Below, one piece after another: positions 50,501 to 64,000 of a DNA stretch of 64,000 bases. The stretch lies in assembly GCA_977020255.1 (NCBI GenBank), contig CDROCS010001406.1, positions 62,001 through 126,000 on the forward strand. The letters run 5' to 3'. This DNA comes from Obrimoposthia wandeli. Lineage: Eukaryota. The first letter of the stretch is position 1. Every line of letters starts with the position of its first letter. The notes below the pieces were generated by a model. The model made no database searches and was not told the origin of the DNA. It saw only the letters and a program-made list of their open reading frames with translations. The translations under genes and the position numbers were made by a program.

Positions 50501-53500
50501 AAATTGCCATCTTTGTGGATCTCGAAACAATATAATTCAATATATCGGATATATTAAGTTTTTCTAATTCAGTCTCTATTTGCGACTTTAATTCTTACAC
50601 TATAGTGATTGGTGATGGGCTCCATATGTTCCAAATGATAAGATCATCACAACCCCATCAACGATTTGGAAACAATAATTTTCGAACGTTTGAAGTATGA
50701 GCAAATATACATGTTAAGACATAATCAGCAAACAATACTTACAAATTGTTGGTCTTCATTATTTTATAATAAAAGAAAGATAAAAGTCCATTTTATAAAG
50801 CACAGATAAAAATTGTAGAAGGTGCACTAACAGTAGTTAAGAAACTTGTGGGGCACAAGACAAGTCTTGAGCGAGTTGAAGATGTCATTGCTTCTGGGCA
50901 CCTGGATGGGCTGGGCAATGATACAGGCAGCGCGAGTGGTGAGTTCTGTAGATGAAATGGAGCATCTGCAGTGGCAGCAAAGACTGTGAGCCGAGCGACA
51001 AAACAGGCAGCAGCGGCGTAGACAGTCAGGCAGTAGCAGCGGCATAATGGACATGCTATTGTGTGAGTGGTGGTAGCAGCTGCTGCTACTACTGCCAGAA
51101 TACAAGAATCGGGAAGCAGGCGGTTTGTGGCCCGAGTCTTGTGACAGTCGCTTGATCTGAAAGGATACATTGCGGCAGTTGGTGAGATCCACACTGACGG
51201 CACTACTACTGCTTCCGGTATTACCCGCGTTCCCTGACTCAGGACTTGTTGAGACTGCTGTCGTATGGAGAGATTCTTCATCCGAGGATGACATAGTGGC
51301 GCTGACACTCGGAAACTCAAATGTGAAAGAGAGTGCAGTAGTCGCCGAGGCCGGCGGATCCTGTTGTTTGTGCTTCCTTGCTGCTTCCTTGAGCACCACG
51401 ATATCATCTGCAGAACTGGGTGGTCGCTGATGCCGAGTTACTGCCTTGTAATTGCACACTGGACAGTCACCAGAAAACCGCACCTTCTCAAGACCGCGCT
51501 GTACCGAATAATGCAGTAAAGTATGTACTTTAGTTGTCGCTGACGGTTCTGCAGACTCGTACAGATTGGAGATGCTCTCCTTGTCGAGCGCCTTAGCCAA
51601 AGAGTTAACAACCTCACACAAATCAGCAGCTTTGCTTGCTGCCAGTTTCTTTTTACACTTAACATTGGCTCCTAGATCCAGATTGCAGCTGCCACCACTC
51701 CCAACTTCTTCGCCACCACCATTTTCCGGTTCCACGAACTTTTGACCGAATAGGTCAATATGCCGCCACTTGTTGCTAGCTTTCGAGGATCGCTTTGACT
51801 TCTTGTTGCTGCGCATTCTGCTAAGAGTTTGTGTATGACAGTGATTTTGAACTAGTTGATTGATCCAGTCAGTCACGATAGAGACAGTTAAGAATGATCC
51901 AGAGCATTGTCAGGCATGATCAGCGCGATTTTGTGCTCAACGAATGACTAATGCAGCAGTAACAATACCAATGAGCTGCAGTCATGAATCAAATCAACAG
52001 TCACACAAAGCTCAGACAACACACACATTCAGAAACACACTTGCTGTTGAGAAACAAAATCCGGGAAGAATGCAAATTAGGTCGGGACAGAAAATTATAG
52101 GACCGCATACAGACTCATTAAGAAGACAGGCCAATTTCACAACCAATCAATCTGACAGCCAATGAGAGGCAATGAACTTTCCCTTAGTATAACATTATTA
52201 CGGCTATTTTTAGCAGTTAACAAAGACTATTATAGTTGTGTTAGACTTGTTATTGCTCCTTCGAAAGAGGAATTATTCTCACATCTGTTTTTAGAGATTG
52301 TTTAGTGCAAACTATAGCTGTTATATGAGCAATTTAAATTTCTTGAAATGTAACAATAAATTTCACACGCTAATATTCCTTTGTTATAGCGAAATTATCT
52401 GAACATATTTCACGGGAACATTAATTTATATATACAAATTTATTATTTTGTCATGTAATACAAATGTAAACACCATTAAATATATATCACATTTCATGAA
52501 GGAGTTGTAACAAAAAGGAAAAAAGATATAAATAAAGAAACTAATAAAAAACTCAGATTTATACTAATTTATTTAATGTTCTATGTAAAAAATGTCACTG
52601 ATAAAAATAGTTATATACTCTCAAAACATATTCAACTTCAATATATTTCTATACTAAATTTAAAGGTAGATAGTATTTATTTTTAAGCAATGTCAGTAGT
52701 GTCGCCGTTGGTTACATAACACAACTCAATTATTTTGATTTTGGTAATTCTTTTGTGATTGTATCATCTAAAAATTGACGATACTACATTATGGGAAACA
52801 TTCAACATTGGGTATACTGGAACTTTCAACTACAGTTGCCATACATTTTGTGTCGTGTAAAATATAAATCCAATCTTGTGAACTAGGAATTATTTAAACG
52901 CTTCAATTCATTTATCGGAAATACTTAGTGTGTCACATACTCCAATGATGGATTATTGCTAACAAAAAAGTAAATATGCTTCATTCTATCCATAAGACAA
53001 TTACATACTGGAATCAGTAAAAACTCAAATTAAAAAAAAGTTTTTGAAGTGTTGAAGATTACAGAATGCAAATGAAGACAATTAATTTCCACAGGTAGCA
53101 ACAGACGACCATTATGCAAATATAGAAGAATTAGCCGAATCAGCATCACGAATGTTTGGAGTTCCTATTTCAGTAATGATTTTGTGAACATTGAAGCTGA
53201 TGTTGTGTACAGTGGAATATTAGATGGCAGCTGTGAATATCATCAGTTATTCAGATTAATATTTTTATTCACACAACGGATATTTTAGATTCTCCAACTG
53301 GCAGATTTTATTTCGTTGTCAGAAGCAAAAAAAGTAATTTTTTACTCCCGGCCAAATTTTTACGTCTATTTTGCATTTTACTCTCACTGTTAAATTTTTT
53401 GAATATTTCTGCGAAGGAAAGTGTTGTAACTCTTTTTAGATAGTAGTTGATAAAAATTTTGAAAAATAGTTGCTGATCAGCTTCGCATGAAAAGTTCAAA

Positions 53501-56500
53501 AACGTGTTTTCGGAAAGAAATATTAGAAAGAAAATTACAGTCTATTTGTTTTAATTTTTTCACTCACAAAATATTGTATCGAATGTCACATTTTCCCAAA
53601 ACATTGATTGACAATTACTCGACAATTGGCTGTTCATTATTAACGTGAAGCGTGATCCTAGACATGGTCCTGACAGCAGTAACTTCAAATGAAATGAGTA
53701 TCGTAGGATTTTATCAAATCTATTCAGAATACTCATTTCCTACACTACAAATCTCGTGTTAGCAACAGAATATCTAAATTTTCTTCTCAAATAAACTCAA
53801 CACTAGACCTTGTATAAAAATACAAACTCATCAAATACCTGGAATTATTCAACAAAGTTATATACTATGTGTACTTCGCTTAATCCACAATGGTCCCAAG
53901 TAATCAATCAATTTGCAACTAATTTTGATACATAATCAATGCTTTTTCTCTATCGTTTTCCTCGCCGTTCTGGATTAGAGTAGGCAACTTCCAAAATCAG
54001 ATTCTTCACACACGAAATATATAAAATGAATATCTACAAACAAAAATTGTCTCTTAGTAGAATCAGCGAACAATAGTTCGAAACTATAAACAAGTCTTTC
54101 CTACATTTTTCAACACGCTACAGCATTCTAAACACTGGCTTCCAAAATAAACACCCTCCAGTCACATCAACATCGAGGTCATCTTCGTCAACAAAACAAA
54201 ACATGCACACTCCGTCCCTTGACCATTGCCAGTCAAAGTCAAAACCTGCTCGTAAGTGTCAATAAACTCCTCAATCACACTAATTGCCTGTCTTGCCTTT
54301 AAAGGTCTATTTAAAAAGAGCTGCTATTAAAGAACTGTAAAACACAAAAACCATCACAAGTTCAAAATATTTCAAAGCCTCCTAGTTACAAGTCGTTACG
54401 TGGGTTACATCAGATACGCCCGAGAGCACTGTCCACTTGCAATGGTTGGGTATAATTTGTTAAGTCCAGCTGACACCCAGACAAATCGTATGAAAGATAA
54501 TAGAAGTGAAGATGTTCACAGATAATACCAGAGGATCCCAGAACAGATGGCTGCACGTCATGTAAACCTGGCCCATTACTATTGGTAAGCTCCCTTTCCA
54601 TTGTTACCACTGATTGTCAACTGTCAGTAGACTACAGTTTGAAAATTATTTACATCTTTGTAACATGAGAATACAATTTTTCAAAAAACGTTATATTTAA
54701 TACTTGAACTTACCATGCACCGTATTCAGCAAATGCACGATTATAACAGGGGATACCGATCAATCAAGTCAAGGTTAAAGACTGTACTTATATTAAGGTG
54801 GATATGAAAACTCTGTATATACATATTCATCTATAAAAAAACAAAAAAACATATTTTTAATGACATTTTTCTTTTCCTTATTTCTTCCCAAAAACGCGTT
54901 TTTGAACGTTACAGATGAAGCTGTTCAGCAGTCTTTTTTCCAAATTTTTATAAACTACTTTTAAAAAGAGTTATAGTACCTTCCTTGCCATAAATCTATG
55001 ATAACTTAGTAGAGAGTGAAAATACAAACATCAACGTAGATTTTTTGACAGAAAGAGTAAACAACAAAAAACACAGCTTCTGACACATTAAAACAACTTT
55101 TAAGCCAACAAATCTACAAGTAAGATATTTTCAAAACAGGCTAAATTTCCCGCGATACAACAATATCTTGATGATGAAAGAGCTTGATTTAATGACACTT
55201 GAAGTTACGTTTTCCGAGTTGAATCTGAAGAAAAGAACAATTTTCAAAATAGACATATCAGGTTTGACTCATATATGCACGATATTGAAATTTCTTTCCT
55301 CACGAACGTAAAGAATACATTTAAACTACGGACATTTTTGTGATATATGTTGTCTTCTTCTTAGACGTTTGACTATAATTATCTTTGACTGAGGTTTCAT
55401 GAACGTATAGGTCTGAGGCTTAAGTTAGATCTGCTGGTAAATGGATCATTTAGACAAAAATTACCAAAAGATTTGTGCTTATTATAGCTATGAAATCATC
55501 TTTGAAATTTAAGAAAAATGACAAAATAGGCTCGTAGATAATAGAAAATTAAGGTCTACATTTTCCATTAGTGATGAAATCAAAATAATTTATTAATTTT
55601 CGCAACCCTGTTATTGGTTGATCTAAATCATCCATAACATATAATGTACATAATTTGTTAAATTAATTTATAATTTAGCATTCATGTACAGTGAAATTTC
55701 AGATGTGTATCGACTGTATATTATGTCTGAGCTCCAGAATTAGATACTTCAGTTCTCAATTAGCTGCTGTATATCCAGCATCAGATGCACACCAAATATT
55801 CAAGTACCTTCTTTTTGGAGATATAAACGCGTATAATCAAGATGCAATAACTTTCTGAGGCGTGATTAGAATAATAATTACAACGTAATAAAAATGACAA
55901 TTATGAAACTTTTCACTACTTTTGATTAGGTATGGTCGTTTTCATTTTAAAAGCTTTGAAATAAGTATTAGGATAAAAAGAAAGTAGGATACACAATTTA
56001 GTTCAATGCAAATCTTGTAATTATTAAACCGGAGAGATCTATCAGCATTAATAATTAGTAATGAAATCACAATGAAATAAATGATAATTTCAAGACTTGA
56101 ATTATATAATTAATGGCTAATTAGCTGATAAATAAATCATTGAATCGTTTACAAAAGAATTTCGGATAAAGCCGTCGATTTTATCTTCATACTAAGAAAG
56201 AGCAATTTTCACTCCATATTTACCAATACAAGCAAGAGTTCACTTTAAAATATTTCTACTAGTTTAAAATGCATTGTCTATCATATTTAAAGAAATACTA
56301 CATCTAAATCCCTTGAAATACCTTTGGAGAAACGACAATAATTTTAGATAGAGTTCCCAGATTCTCCAATGTTCAAAAACATCTGCTTTTGAAAATATAC
56401 AATGTAAAATTGTACAATGACTGGCCATCATGCATATAAAACTCCCGAAATATTGACACATTCAAACAGAATTTGAAGAAGATCCACCCAAGAAATTCTA

Positions 56501-59500
56501 CGACATTTGAAGAATCCACCAAGCGTCATTATTCAGCCATTATGCCGACCTATGAATTTCCTCCTCGTTTTAATAAGACCATGATACATCAAAATACAAT
56601 CAAAACAGGATTTATCAACGAATGACTTTTAATCGATAGACAAAAGTCGATTCTGAACATCAATAATTCAGGAATAAGGATTAAGAATATGATTCTGAAA
56701 CAGCTATCCATACTACACACTAATACACCTGATATGCTTATACTTTTAATCGTAATATAAAGTAGAATAAGAAATTTTGTGTTTTAAAATACGATTTTTA
56801 TTAGCAATATTTAAATCTGATTGATGAATAAAAAAATAATGTGAAATAAAACAATTTTAAAGCTCTCTCATTCAAATTTTATCAAAACATTTTTAATATA
56901 AACCAAAGCTCTAATTACACCAACTTGTGATGTCACATTAACATGCCATAATTAAATAAATATTTATAAAGGATAGTGAAATCTATTATAAAGAATGAAA
57001 TATTAATATAATTATATAATATTTAGCTCTTTTTGTATATTTAGATTTAGGTATTTTATTCAAAAATTGTTTTAATTATACCGTGTATGCCAAAGACATT
57101 AAATTTATCCCGACATGTTCTGAAGGATCCAATTTTACAGTTGTTCTTTGTGACAGCACATAAAAGAAAGCTCATTCCCATAGTTTTAGAGGAGTTCACG
57201 ATGTGCAATATAGATTTAATAACATTTGGTTTATTGTATCTTTTTTCTTTATATAATGCGTACACTAAAGTCGGAATTTTACTCACTTTGTAAAAATTTT
57301 AAATATACAGTATTTACATGACTGAGATTAAGTTACGTATTCTATTACATAATCATTGCATTGGCTGCTGGTAATAACAGCAATTCAGATTCGCATCAAG
57401 CAATTTCCTGAAGATGGGATTTATATTCCAGAAATAAATGGATTTTTTAAACTAATAAACTGGCTTCTTCAGCTTCAAGTTATTTTTAAGGGATTGTTTG
57501 TACTCACTTTTGCGATAGTAGTTCTCCATGAGGACGCGAACCAGATTCTTGCCCATGGAAGTCGTGTCAAAGTACTGATGGGTAAGACCAACCAGAGGAT
57601 TGTGTCTCAGATCTGATATGAGATATTTAAATGATTAATGCTTGACTTGCATTAAATGTGTGCTTTACAATGAATAAAAATGTAATCATTTTATAATTAA
57701 TAAATTTAATGAGATAATAACTCAAAAGAAATCTTAAAATATATGTTACACTACAACTTCGCTTATCAATCACATGCAGCATTTATTAGATGCTTCATAC
57801 AACTTTAAGATTTGAAATTTCCTGCCTGGTTGGTACAACCAATGTTTACAAATTTGGAAACTGTCGATATTTCTTTCTGCAAAGAACTGACCCAAATTCA
57901 ACAAAATCCGAGTGAGGTTTCTGTGGAAATAAAGGGTTACTTGGTGGGCTATCAAAAAACAAAATATACACAGATGAGCTTCAATACACGAAAATGTATT
58001 ATTCAATTTTTATCTTATTGAAGGTTGCTTCTCAACAATTGCAGATTTATAACCTTAAAAATTTCATTGACTCAATACTTGTTATTGTCATGATTTGATA
58101 GTTATCACTAAATACCTTCAATTCAGACACTTATGAAAAAGTAAAAAGCGAAAGGAAATCACTAAATAAGTATTTATGGTTGACCCCAGAACGTTGAGTA
58201 TCTGTGTATCTTTATAATCGAAGAAATTGACAATATTTAACCTGAAGATAATGAAAACTTTACCTAATCTATTGTACTAATAATGAACGAAAGGAAGCAA
58301 TTTACTGCAGGCTGAATTTGTGTATCACATTTACGCTTATTTATAAACATATTATATAATAGAAAATATTTACTGTACTTCTATTATTTGTTAACCTAAC
58401 ATCTCAAACTATTTTGAAATCTTCTGGAATTATATGTTACTCTAAAACTGTTGAACGAGGAATTGTACATGAGTGTCATTTATGACTTAATCTATCTACA
58501 TTTTTTCGCTGTAGATATATGCTAATTTGCCGCCTTTCTACCGTGAATCTTGAACATTAATGTGACATGAATATTCACATAAATGGACGATAATGCATTC
58601 ATAATGGTCTTCTTAACTATTCGGTGGTTTGTAGAGAGCAAAATTAATTATCAGTAGTTTATGGTAATACTTAATAGATAATATTAAAAAATCATTCAAT
58701 TATTGAAACTACCAATTTAAACATTCTTATTAAAATATATACTACTAAATGCTTATCATTCTCAGAAATTATTTTTAAAACTTTTAAAATAGCTCAATCC
58801 AAAAAAATGTATTTTAACTTTTCGTGACATTTTGTATTCAACATGGAACAGCCATATCAGAAAGAAAATACCTAGCGAACTTGAATAGCAAATAATTTTG
58901 AATATCAAGCCTTGGTGTAATACTTGCTTGCACTAACGTTGTAGTAATTTTGGTAATCTTAGTAATCTTACATGATCTTGGAGTCTTATGCAGTGAGTAT
59001 GTATGTATATTTTAGGAGAAACGATGATCACTACAGATTGCTTAAGATATTTTCAAATAAATTCAAATTGCTTTACATTTCAAGATGTAAATAATAAAAT
59101 ATATTGAATAACACACAAATCTACGACAATTGATTAAACACTACCGATTATGACTATTCAACCCTGATTTCTCCTGTGCCATCGCAGAAGCTTTTAGAAA
59201 AAGTTAGTTGCATATCAAGTTATCTTCAAAAATGCTGTTTGACTTTAGAAACTCTATCAAAAATCCCTTTTTAAAACTAACTAAATAATAAAAACTTGTT
59301 TCTTTTATAATTATGATGTTTTATTATAAAAATTCAACAACATTTTATAATTAAATTGTTTCTATGAACTTAAATTCTAATTTTAGCTACGACTGATAAT
59401 CACATAAATCTGTTTGTTTCGAATCTATTAACCCGTTATATGCATAGTTAAACTATATCAGATATAACGAATAATCTATTAACTCCAGAATATTTTGTAA

Positions 59501-60481
59501 AAAGTACCGATGTTTTATGAATAAATTTCATTATGAATTTGTATTCTCAGTTTTAGCTCTTTTTATTTCAATAAACTATCCTTTTGAATATCTATTTCAA
59601 AAATAAGTTGAAATAATTAAGAAAAATAGTAACTTAAAAATAAAATAATACAAGTTGAAATAGACTATAAAATTTTAATTACACTAAGTGATATAAATAT
59701 TCTTTAATTTAGTTAACACATAGTTTGAAATTTCTTAGGTTTCAATAACCTAAATTAAACTACAATGAATAATAGATAAATCACCTTTAAAAGTATAGAA
59801 ATTATTAATGGATTGCGAGTAAAACAATATAAAAATAGTAAGTTTCATATATAAAATCAATTAAATTATACAATGTATGCAAAAGTCATTTTACTTGTAG
59901 TTTAATAATTTAAAATTAACTGTAAAATCACAAAATCGTTCATATTTACATTTTGTGAGTTAAATGCAAAAGTAACGGGTTTGAAATCAATCGTATATAC
60001 TAAATATGATAGAACTATGAATATTTTTCAAAACTTACCCAAAACCTTTAAATTATGCAAGAACCCAAATGAATGCGGAACTTCCTTTATCTGATTGCTC
60101 GGCAATAATATATTCTTCAGTTCATACATATAACCCATTTGAACAGGTAAATTCATAATTCTATTAGAACTAGCATCTAAATTTTTAAGACATTGTAGTT
60201 GATAAATTTCTGCCGGCAATGACTCCAATAAATTATTTTTCAAAATAAGGGTAGTGATATATGTATAATTACATATTTTAACCGGAAAACTCCTTAAATA
60301 ACCTGAAAATATGAGTCGTCAAAAAACATTAAAAATCAGTACCAGTCAATTGTAACTTGTACCAATCACTGTTCTTGCCACTTTCAATCTCTTCTTTAGA
60401 TAGTACTTTGCTGGTTAAGTTAAATTCATCTGAATCGTGTAAATTCTGTTTAACTTTGTTCAAAATATACTCATTTGACAT
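26347..60481 (-). CDS. CCR4: CCR4/CNOT6 LRR-EEP deadenylase, 11 coding exons, 668 aa predicted
   Basis: GT-AG exons: 60481-60343, 60302-60039, 57612-57508, 46034-45975, 45927-45770, 39244-39090, 38938-38796, 37773-37610, 31938-31694, 28272-28029, 26676-26347. All are phase-compatible and sum to 2007 nt. LRRs plus EEP motifs CYNVL, LQELET, DGCAIF, HIHWDP, GDLNS, VIDY, SDHF. The first ATG and the polyQ last exon are less certain than the core. Confidence 0.93.
34085..34740 (+). mobile_element. Mariner transposase remnant
   Basis: Degenerate equivalents of WEV..(H)PPYSPD..YHLF, then VEEFFES and DFHKSGIKTRIERWE, which match the mariner C-terminus. Confidence 0.75.
42370..43880 (+). pseudogene. 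Highly decayed third copy of the chuvirus-like glycoprotein, in a CCR4 intron
   Basis: Collinear fragments: YCGH, CEEAFRTGRIRID, TTNYPEIVLS, YFNNKINLYYHK, MGEVL, EPITRMV, SNIMTPEYQ, FSGIIGIYVII, IIGCFPFLAKYL. Confidence 0.88.
44800..45485. repeat. Inverted repeat pair (MITE-like) with an internal 34-nt palindrome
   Basis: 44800-44878 is the reverse complement of ~45405-45485 (shared AGTTTATCTTAAAGACGAGTAA). The palindrome AGGCAACATATGGCCCGCGGGTCGTATGTTGCCT lies at ~44900-44935. Confidence 0.65.
50827..51876 (-). CDS. Orphan 349-aa ORF nested in CCR4 intron 3 (Ser-rich, Cys-rich C-terminus)
   Basis: A long open frame in a GC-rich island within an AT-rich intron, with no recognisable domain. 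Confidence 0.5.
   Translation of the reverse strand: MTDWINQLVQNHCHTQTLSRMRSNKKSKRSSKASNKWRHIDLFGQKFVEPENGGGEEVGSGGSCNLDLGANVKCKKKLAASKAADLCEVVNSLAKALDKESISNLYESAEPSATTKVHTLLHYSVQRGLEKVRFSGDCPVCNYKAVTRHQRPPSSADDIVVLKEAARKHKQQDPPASATTALSFTFEFPSVSATMSSSDEESLHTTAVSTSPESGNAGNTGSSSSAVSVDLTNCRNVSFQIKRLSQDSGHKPPASRFLYSGSSSSSCYHHSHNSMSIMPLLLPDCLRRCCLFCRSAHSLCCHCRCSISSTELTTRAACIIAQPIQVPRSNDIFNSLKTCLVPHKFLNYC
52120..52180 (-). promoter_or_regulatory. Cluster of CCAAT boxes upstream of the nested ORF
   Basis: Three CCAAT pentamers within ~40 bp at the edge of the GC-rich island. Confidence 0.45.
53380..55000. repeat. Diverged inverted repeat pair (53380-53520 and 54880-55000) enclosing TE debris
   Basis: The reverse complement of 53380-53520 aligns by eye with 54880-55000 (AAAACRCGTTTTTGAAC...GAAGCTG.TCAGCA...TAAAAAGAGTTA). 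Confidence 0.65.
57800..58021 (+). pseudogene. Isolated LRR-like coding fragment antisense in CCR4 intron 2
   Basis: FPAWL....TNLETVDISFCKELTQI fits an LRR consensus. No further exons were recognised. Confidence 0.35.
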
Positions 60482-63400
60482 TTATTTTGTAAATTATTTA
60501 ATTAGATATGTCTAAATTTCAAAAAATAATCTTAAAAAAATATTTTAGATTCAAGAATCAAATCAAAAACAGTCTATTTAAATAAAAATTGTTGAGAAGC
60601 TGAAAAGAGTTGGCAAATAATAAATGACTAGCAAAAATGTTAACAAATCTTCACAACTTCTTCGATAGAACTTCTAATTTGACCTAAAAATGTTAATTGG
60701 GTCAAACAAAAATAACCCAAAATATTAAAAATTATCAAACAATATCATGTTCTATTAACCCATTATAACCCAGGTTCACAATTTTTTGATTTTTAAAATT
60801 ATTTTTCCAACAATAAAGTTTAAAAGGTGTAGAAACATTTTGTACTAATCAGAATTAATTTACCTCAAAAAATAACCGAGATATGAAGTGATCTCATATG
60901 AAATCACTGGGATAATAAGATACTAAATGTATAGTTAATTCAAACAATTAACCAATTTTTTAAAAATGTATTGGCGAACTATTACATTCTGTGGTACGGT
61001 AAAAAACAATCGACACATAAGATGATATTGAATTTTGAATAATAAATACATTTTATATAATATTTCTAAAATATTTTATCAACAAAAAATGCACATTTAT
61101 TTAAATAATATTTTTAACACTCAGTTAACAACTCACATCCACCTTTACAATTTGTAGAGGAAAAACAAAAAACCTAAAACTGAATTGGTTTATAATGTAT
61201 ATAATCAATATAAATAAATAAATACCTTTGGTTTTGAAATATATGTAGATGATAAAATTTAAAAAATTAACTTCGTACCATATAAAAATCGAAATAATAA
61301 ATTCATTATAATTGGATAACAAAATTTTAAAATTATAGAAGCTGTTTAAAAGCTGCATTAAGGCCTTAACATTAAGATTTATAGAAAAGATTCAATCTAA
61401 ATCTGTAATTAACTTTCAGTAGAAAACAATTTGAATGTTTATTCTCAAATTAATAAAATCTATTAAAAGTTGTAACTATACAATAAAAAATTAAAATATC
61501 ACAAGAAACCGGTACAATATTTAAGAATGCTATTGTCACTTATAGCTTAAACTTTCACAACTCTTTATTGTGAAATCTCCCACAATTTTATCTGAACAAC
61601 TACAGCAATTATGAATAAATAAGAAAATAAAATAAAACTGAAGAACTAGCGATTGAACTATGTTTGCTTGAAAATAAATACTTCCATAAAGCATAAATCT
61701 TTAATTTATTTAAAAAATGATCAGTTTTAAATTCACATCCATATTTGTATGATCATTTATTTCACATTAAATTAATGTGAGAAGAACTGACGAAACTGTA
61801 AAACTATCAAATTAAAAAGCTAAATTGAAACCTCGATATAACGAAATTCAATGGATTGATAAAATGTTTTTTATAGAGTATGTTTTATATTGAGAGTCAT
61901 TATTACGGCGTTTCACTGTGTATCAAAGAAGGAACACAGTATTTTTCGCAATAATTTGTTATTAGAAGTAAAAACACCTAATATGTACAAATTCCGGAAG
62001 CACATTAAAACGTTAATAATCAGAAAATACTACAGCTAATATGTACAAATTCCGGAAACACATTAAAACGTTAATAATCAGAAAATGCTACAGCTTCTAA
62101 TTTACAGATTTGTAAAGAGCTTTTGAATACTAAAAATTAGAGCTATATAACATTTAAATTTTATATTTAGATTGTCAGCCAAATTACTAATTTAAATTCC
62201 ACATTTGATCAGCTTTGTATCAAACATCATTTACATTTATGAAATCACTGTATACTTTGTGTATTGTACATCAACTAATTATCATAAAAAAAACATAAGA
62301 TAGCGATTGTTTCAATTTAACTTGATATAATAACTCATTAGTGATTAAAAAGAATGTGTGTTCTATGCCCACTATAATATCCCTAACTTTTCCAAGTCTA
62401 TCTGGAGTGGAGAAAAGAGCAAGATATACTATATGCCTCAGATATTTTAACACATATTCTAATAATAATTGTACTACATGAAAAGAAGAAAATGTATGTG
62501 CAAAGTAATATTGAGGGAATATTGTATATATTCGTCAATTATATATGCTTCAAATAAAATGTATTCATAACTTTTACTGAAGTTAATATTTTATTGAACT
62601 ACCCACTATTACACAAGCCTGGTGAGAAGTTGAACATTTAAATTTTTAGATGTATTCTCTAATCCTCAATCCACTGGGATATTAAAAAAATCCATATTGC
62701 CTTCGTTTTATCAAAAGTTTTAAAATGTATTTTAGAAAAGTACTTTTATATAGCTATTATAGACAGAATAATAAATTTGCAAAGTGCAATTTATGTTAAA
62801 AATACGTCAATGTTAAAAATGAAATTTTAATAAAATATAATTTAGTCATATGGTATACTAAATTTAATTTAACATTGTCTGTTTGATTATTAAAATTTTA
62901 TCATTGAATTTTTTGGATCAAAATAATTTAAAATTTAAACACAAATATGTATTTTTTAAATTTTTTATTTTATGTTACTACACTTTTTTAATATACAAAA
63001 TATTTTCTAATATGCTTGCAAAACAATTTTTTTAATTTTTTATAATTTAGTAACTATTTTCTTTTAATTTAGTTATTCAATAATGTAAACTGCAATTTCT
63101 GATATACAATCAAATAAAAACAAGTTTATGTAAGTCTAAACTTATATTTCCCATTAATCTATAATTCAAATATTTATTTATTTTCGAATTTTATTTACAG
63201 GAATATTTTATTTAAATCAATTTGATAAATTAAAATATTTTTTATTTATCCAATTGTATTTATGTAACTTTAAACATGACTTCAATAATTTTTGTTATTT
63301 TTTTTGAAATTACTATAACATAATTGGAAAATTATTTAAAAATACTTACACTTACTAATTACTTAATTTATAATTAATTGAATTCATTTAATTTTAGAAG

Positions 63401-64000
63401 TTTAGAACAATACTTATATCCAATGAGTTGTTATATAGAAAGATGATTAATGTTACTGTGATGCTGAACTGTTAATTAAACCAACGTGACAAAAATTAAA
63501 TGAAACGCTAAGTCTAATTTACTAATTTTCAAAGAAACTTATAATAACAACCGGAAAAAGAAGATCATTTGACGGCATGGTTAAATAAAGCACTTAATAA
63601 AATCAAATATTAGTTAATCTGTAGAAACTTAAACATATTTTTAAACTATAAAAAATACAACATATTCCTTATTATTATTTTGTCATGTACCAAGATAAAA
63701 TAAAATAAACAGAGTCACAAAAGTTTTACATTGCTGTGCAAAGAAAACTTATATAAGCAAGAAGGCAATCAATAACCAACTATCTCAACAATTTAAACAG
63801 TTTGCTTAACACTTCATCGCAATCAAACCTAACTATATGGTTAATTTTTTAAATTTTACTTGATTTTTTGTTTTACTGTACCTTTTTGTTATTTTACTAA
63901 AATGTAGAAATTTATAGAAAATATCAAAAATTCGTGTCATTCAGATGTATTCAAATAATTTCAAAGGGATCTATGAGAGACAGTATTAGTAAAGAGCACT

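Noticed and set aside
53600-54610. Possible integrase-like and LINE RT-like remnants
   Set aside because: Only faint partial motif resemblance across many stops; cannot assign a family without a search.
61978-62096. 58-bp tandem duplication (similar 40-bp one at ~27385-27462)
   Set aside because: Ordinary local slippage duplications with no associated structure.

Overview
AT-rich animal genomic DNA with spliceosomal introns; the taxon is not determined. The left ~25 kb is a nest of mobile elements. Decayed Polinton/Maverick genes (packaging ATPase at 1.8-2.4 kb; major capsid, cysteine protease and pPolB remnants at 19.8-21.8 kb) flank a ~14 kb minus-strand Ty3/Gypsy retroelement (4803-18786) with an unusual layout: LTR, PBS, gag, chuvirus-like glycoprotein, PR-RT-RH-IN, a signal-peptide ORF, a small basic/coiled-coil ORF, a REX4/ISG20-like DEDDh exonuclease, PPT, LTR. 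The 5' LTR carries a canonical type I hammerhead ribozyme plus several hairpins on the antisense (+) strand. A second, closely similar hammerhead lies in a related LTR-like island at ~23 kb. Two more decayed copies of the same glycoprotein occur at ~24.3 kb and ~42.4-43.9 kb. The right ~35 kb is an intact 11-exon CCR4/CNOT6 deadenylase gene (minus strand, 668 aa predicted, polyQ tail). Its introns hold TE debris and a 349-codon orphan ORF with a CCAAT-box promoter-like region. All protein family calls come from motifs recognised by eye; no database search was run.
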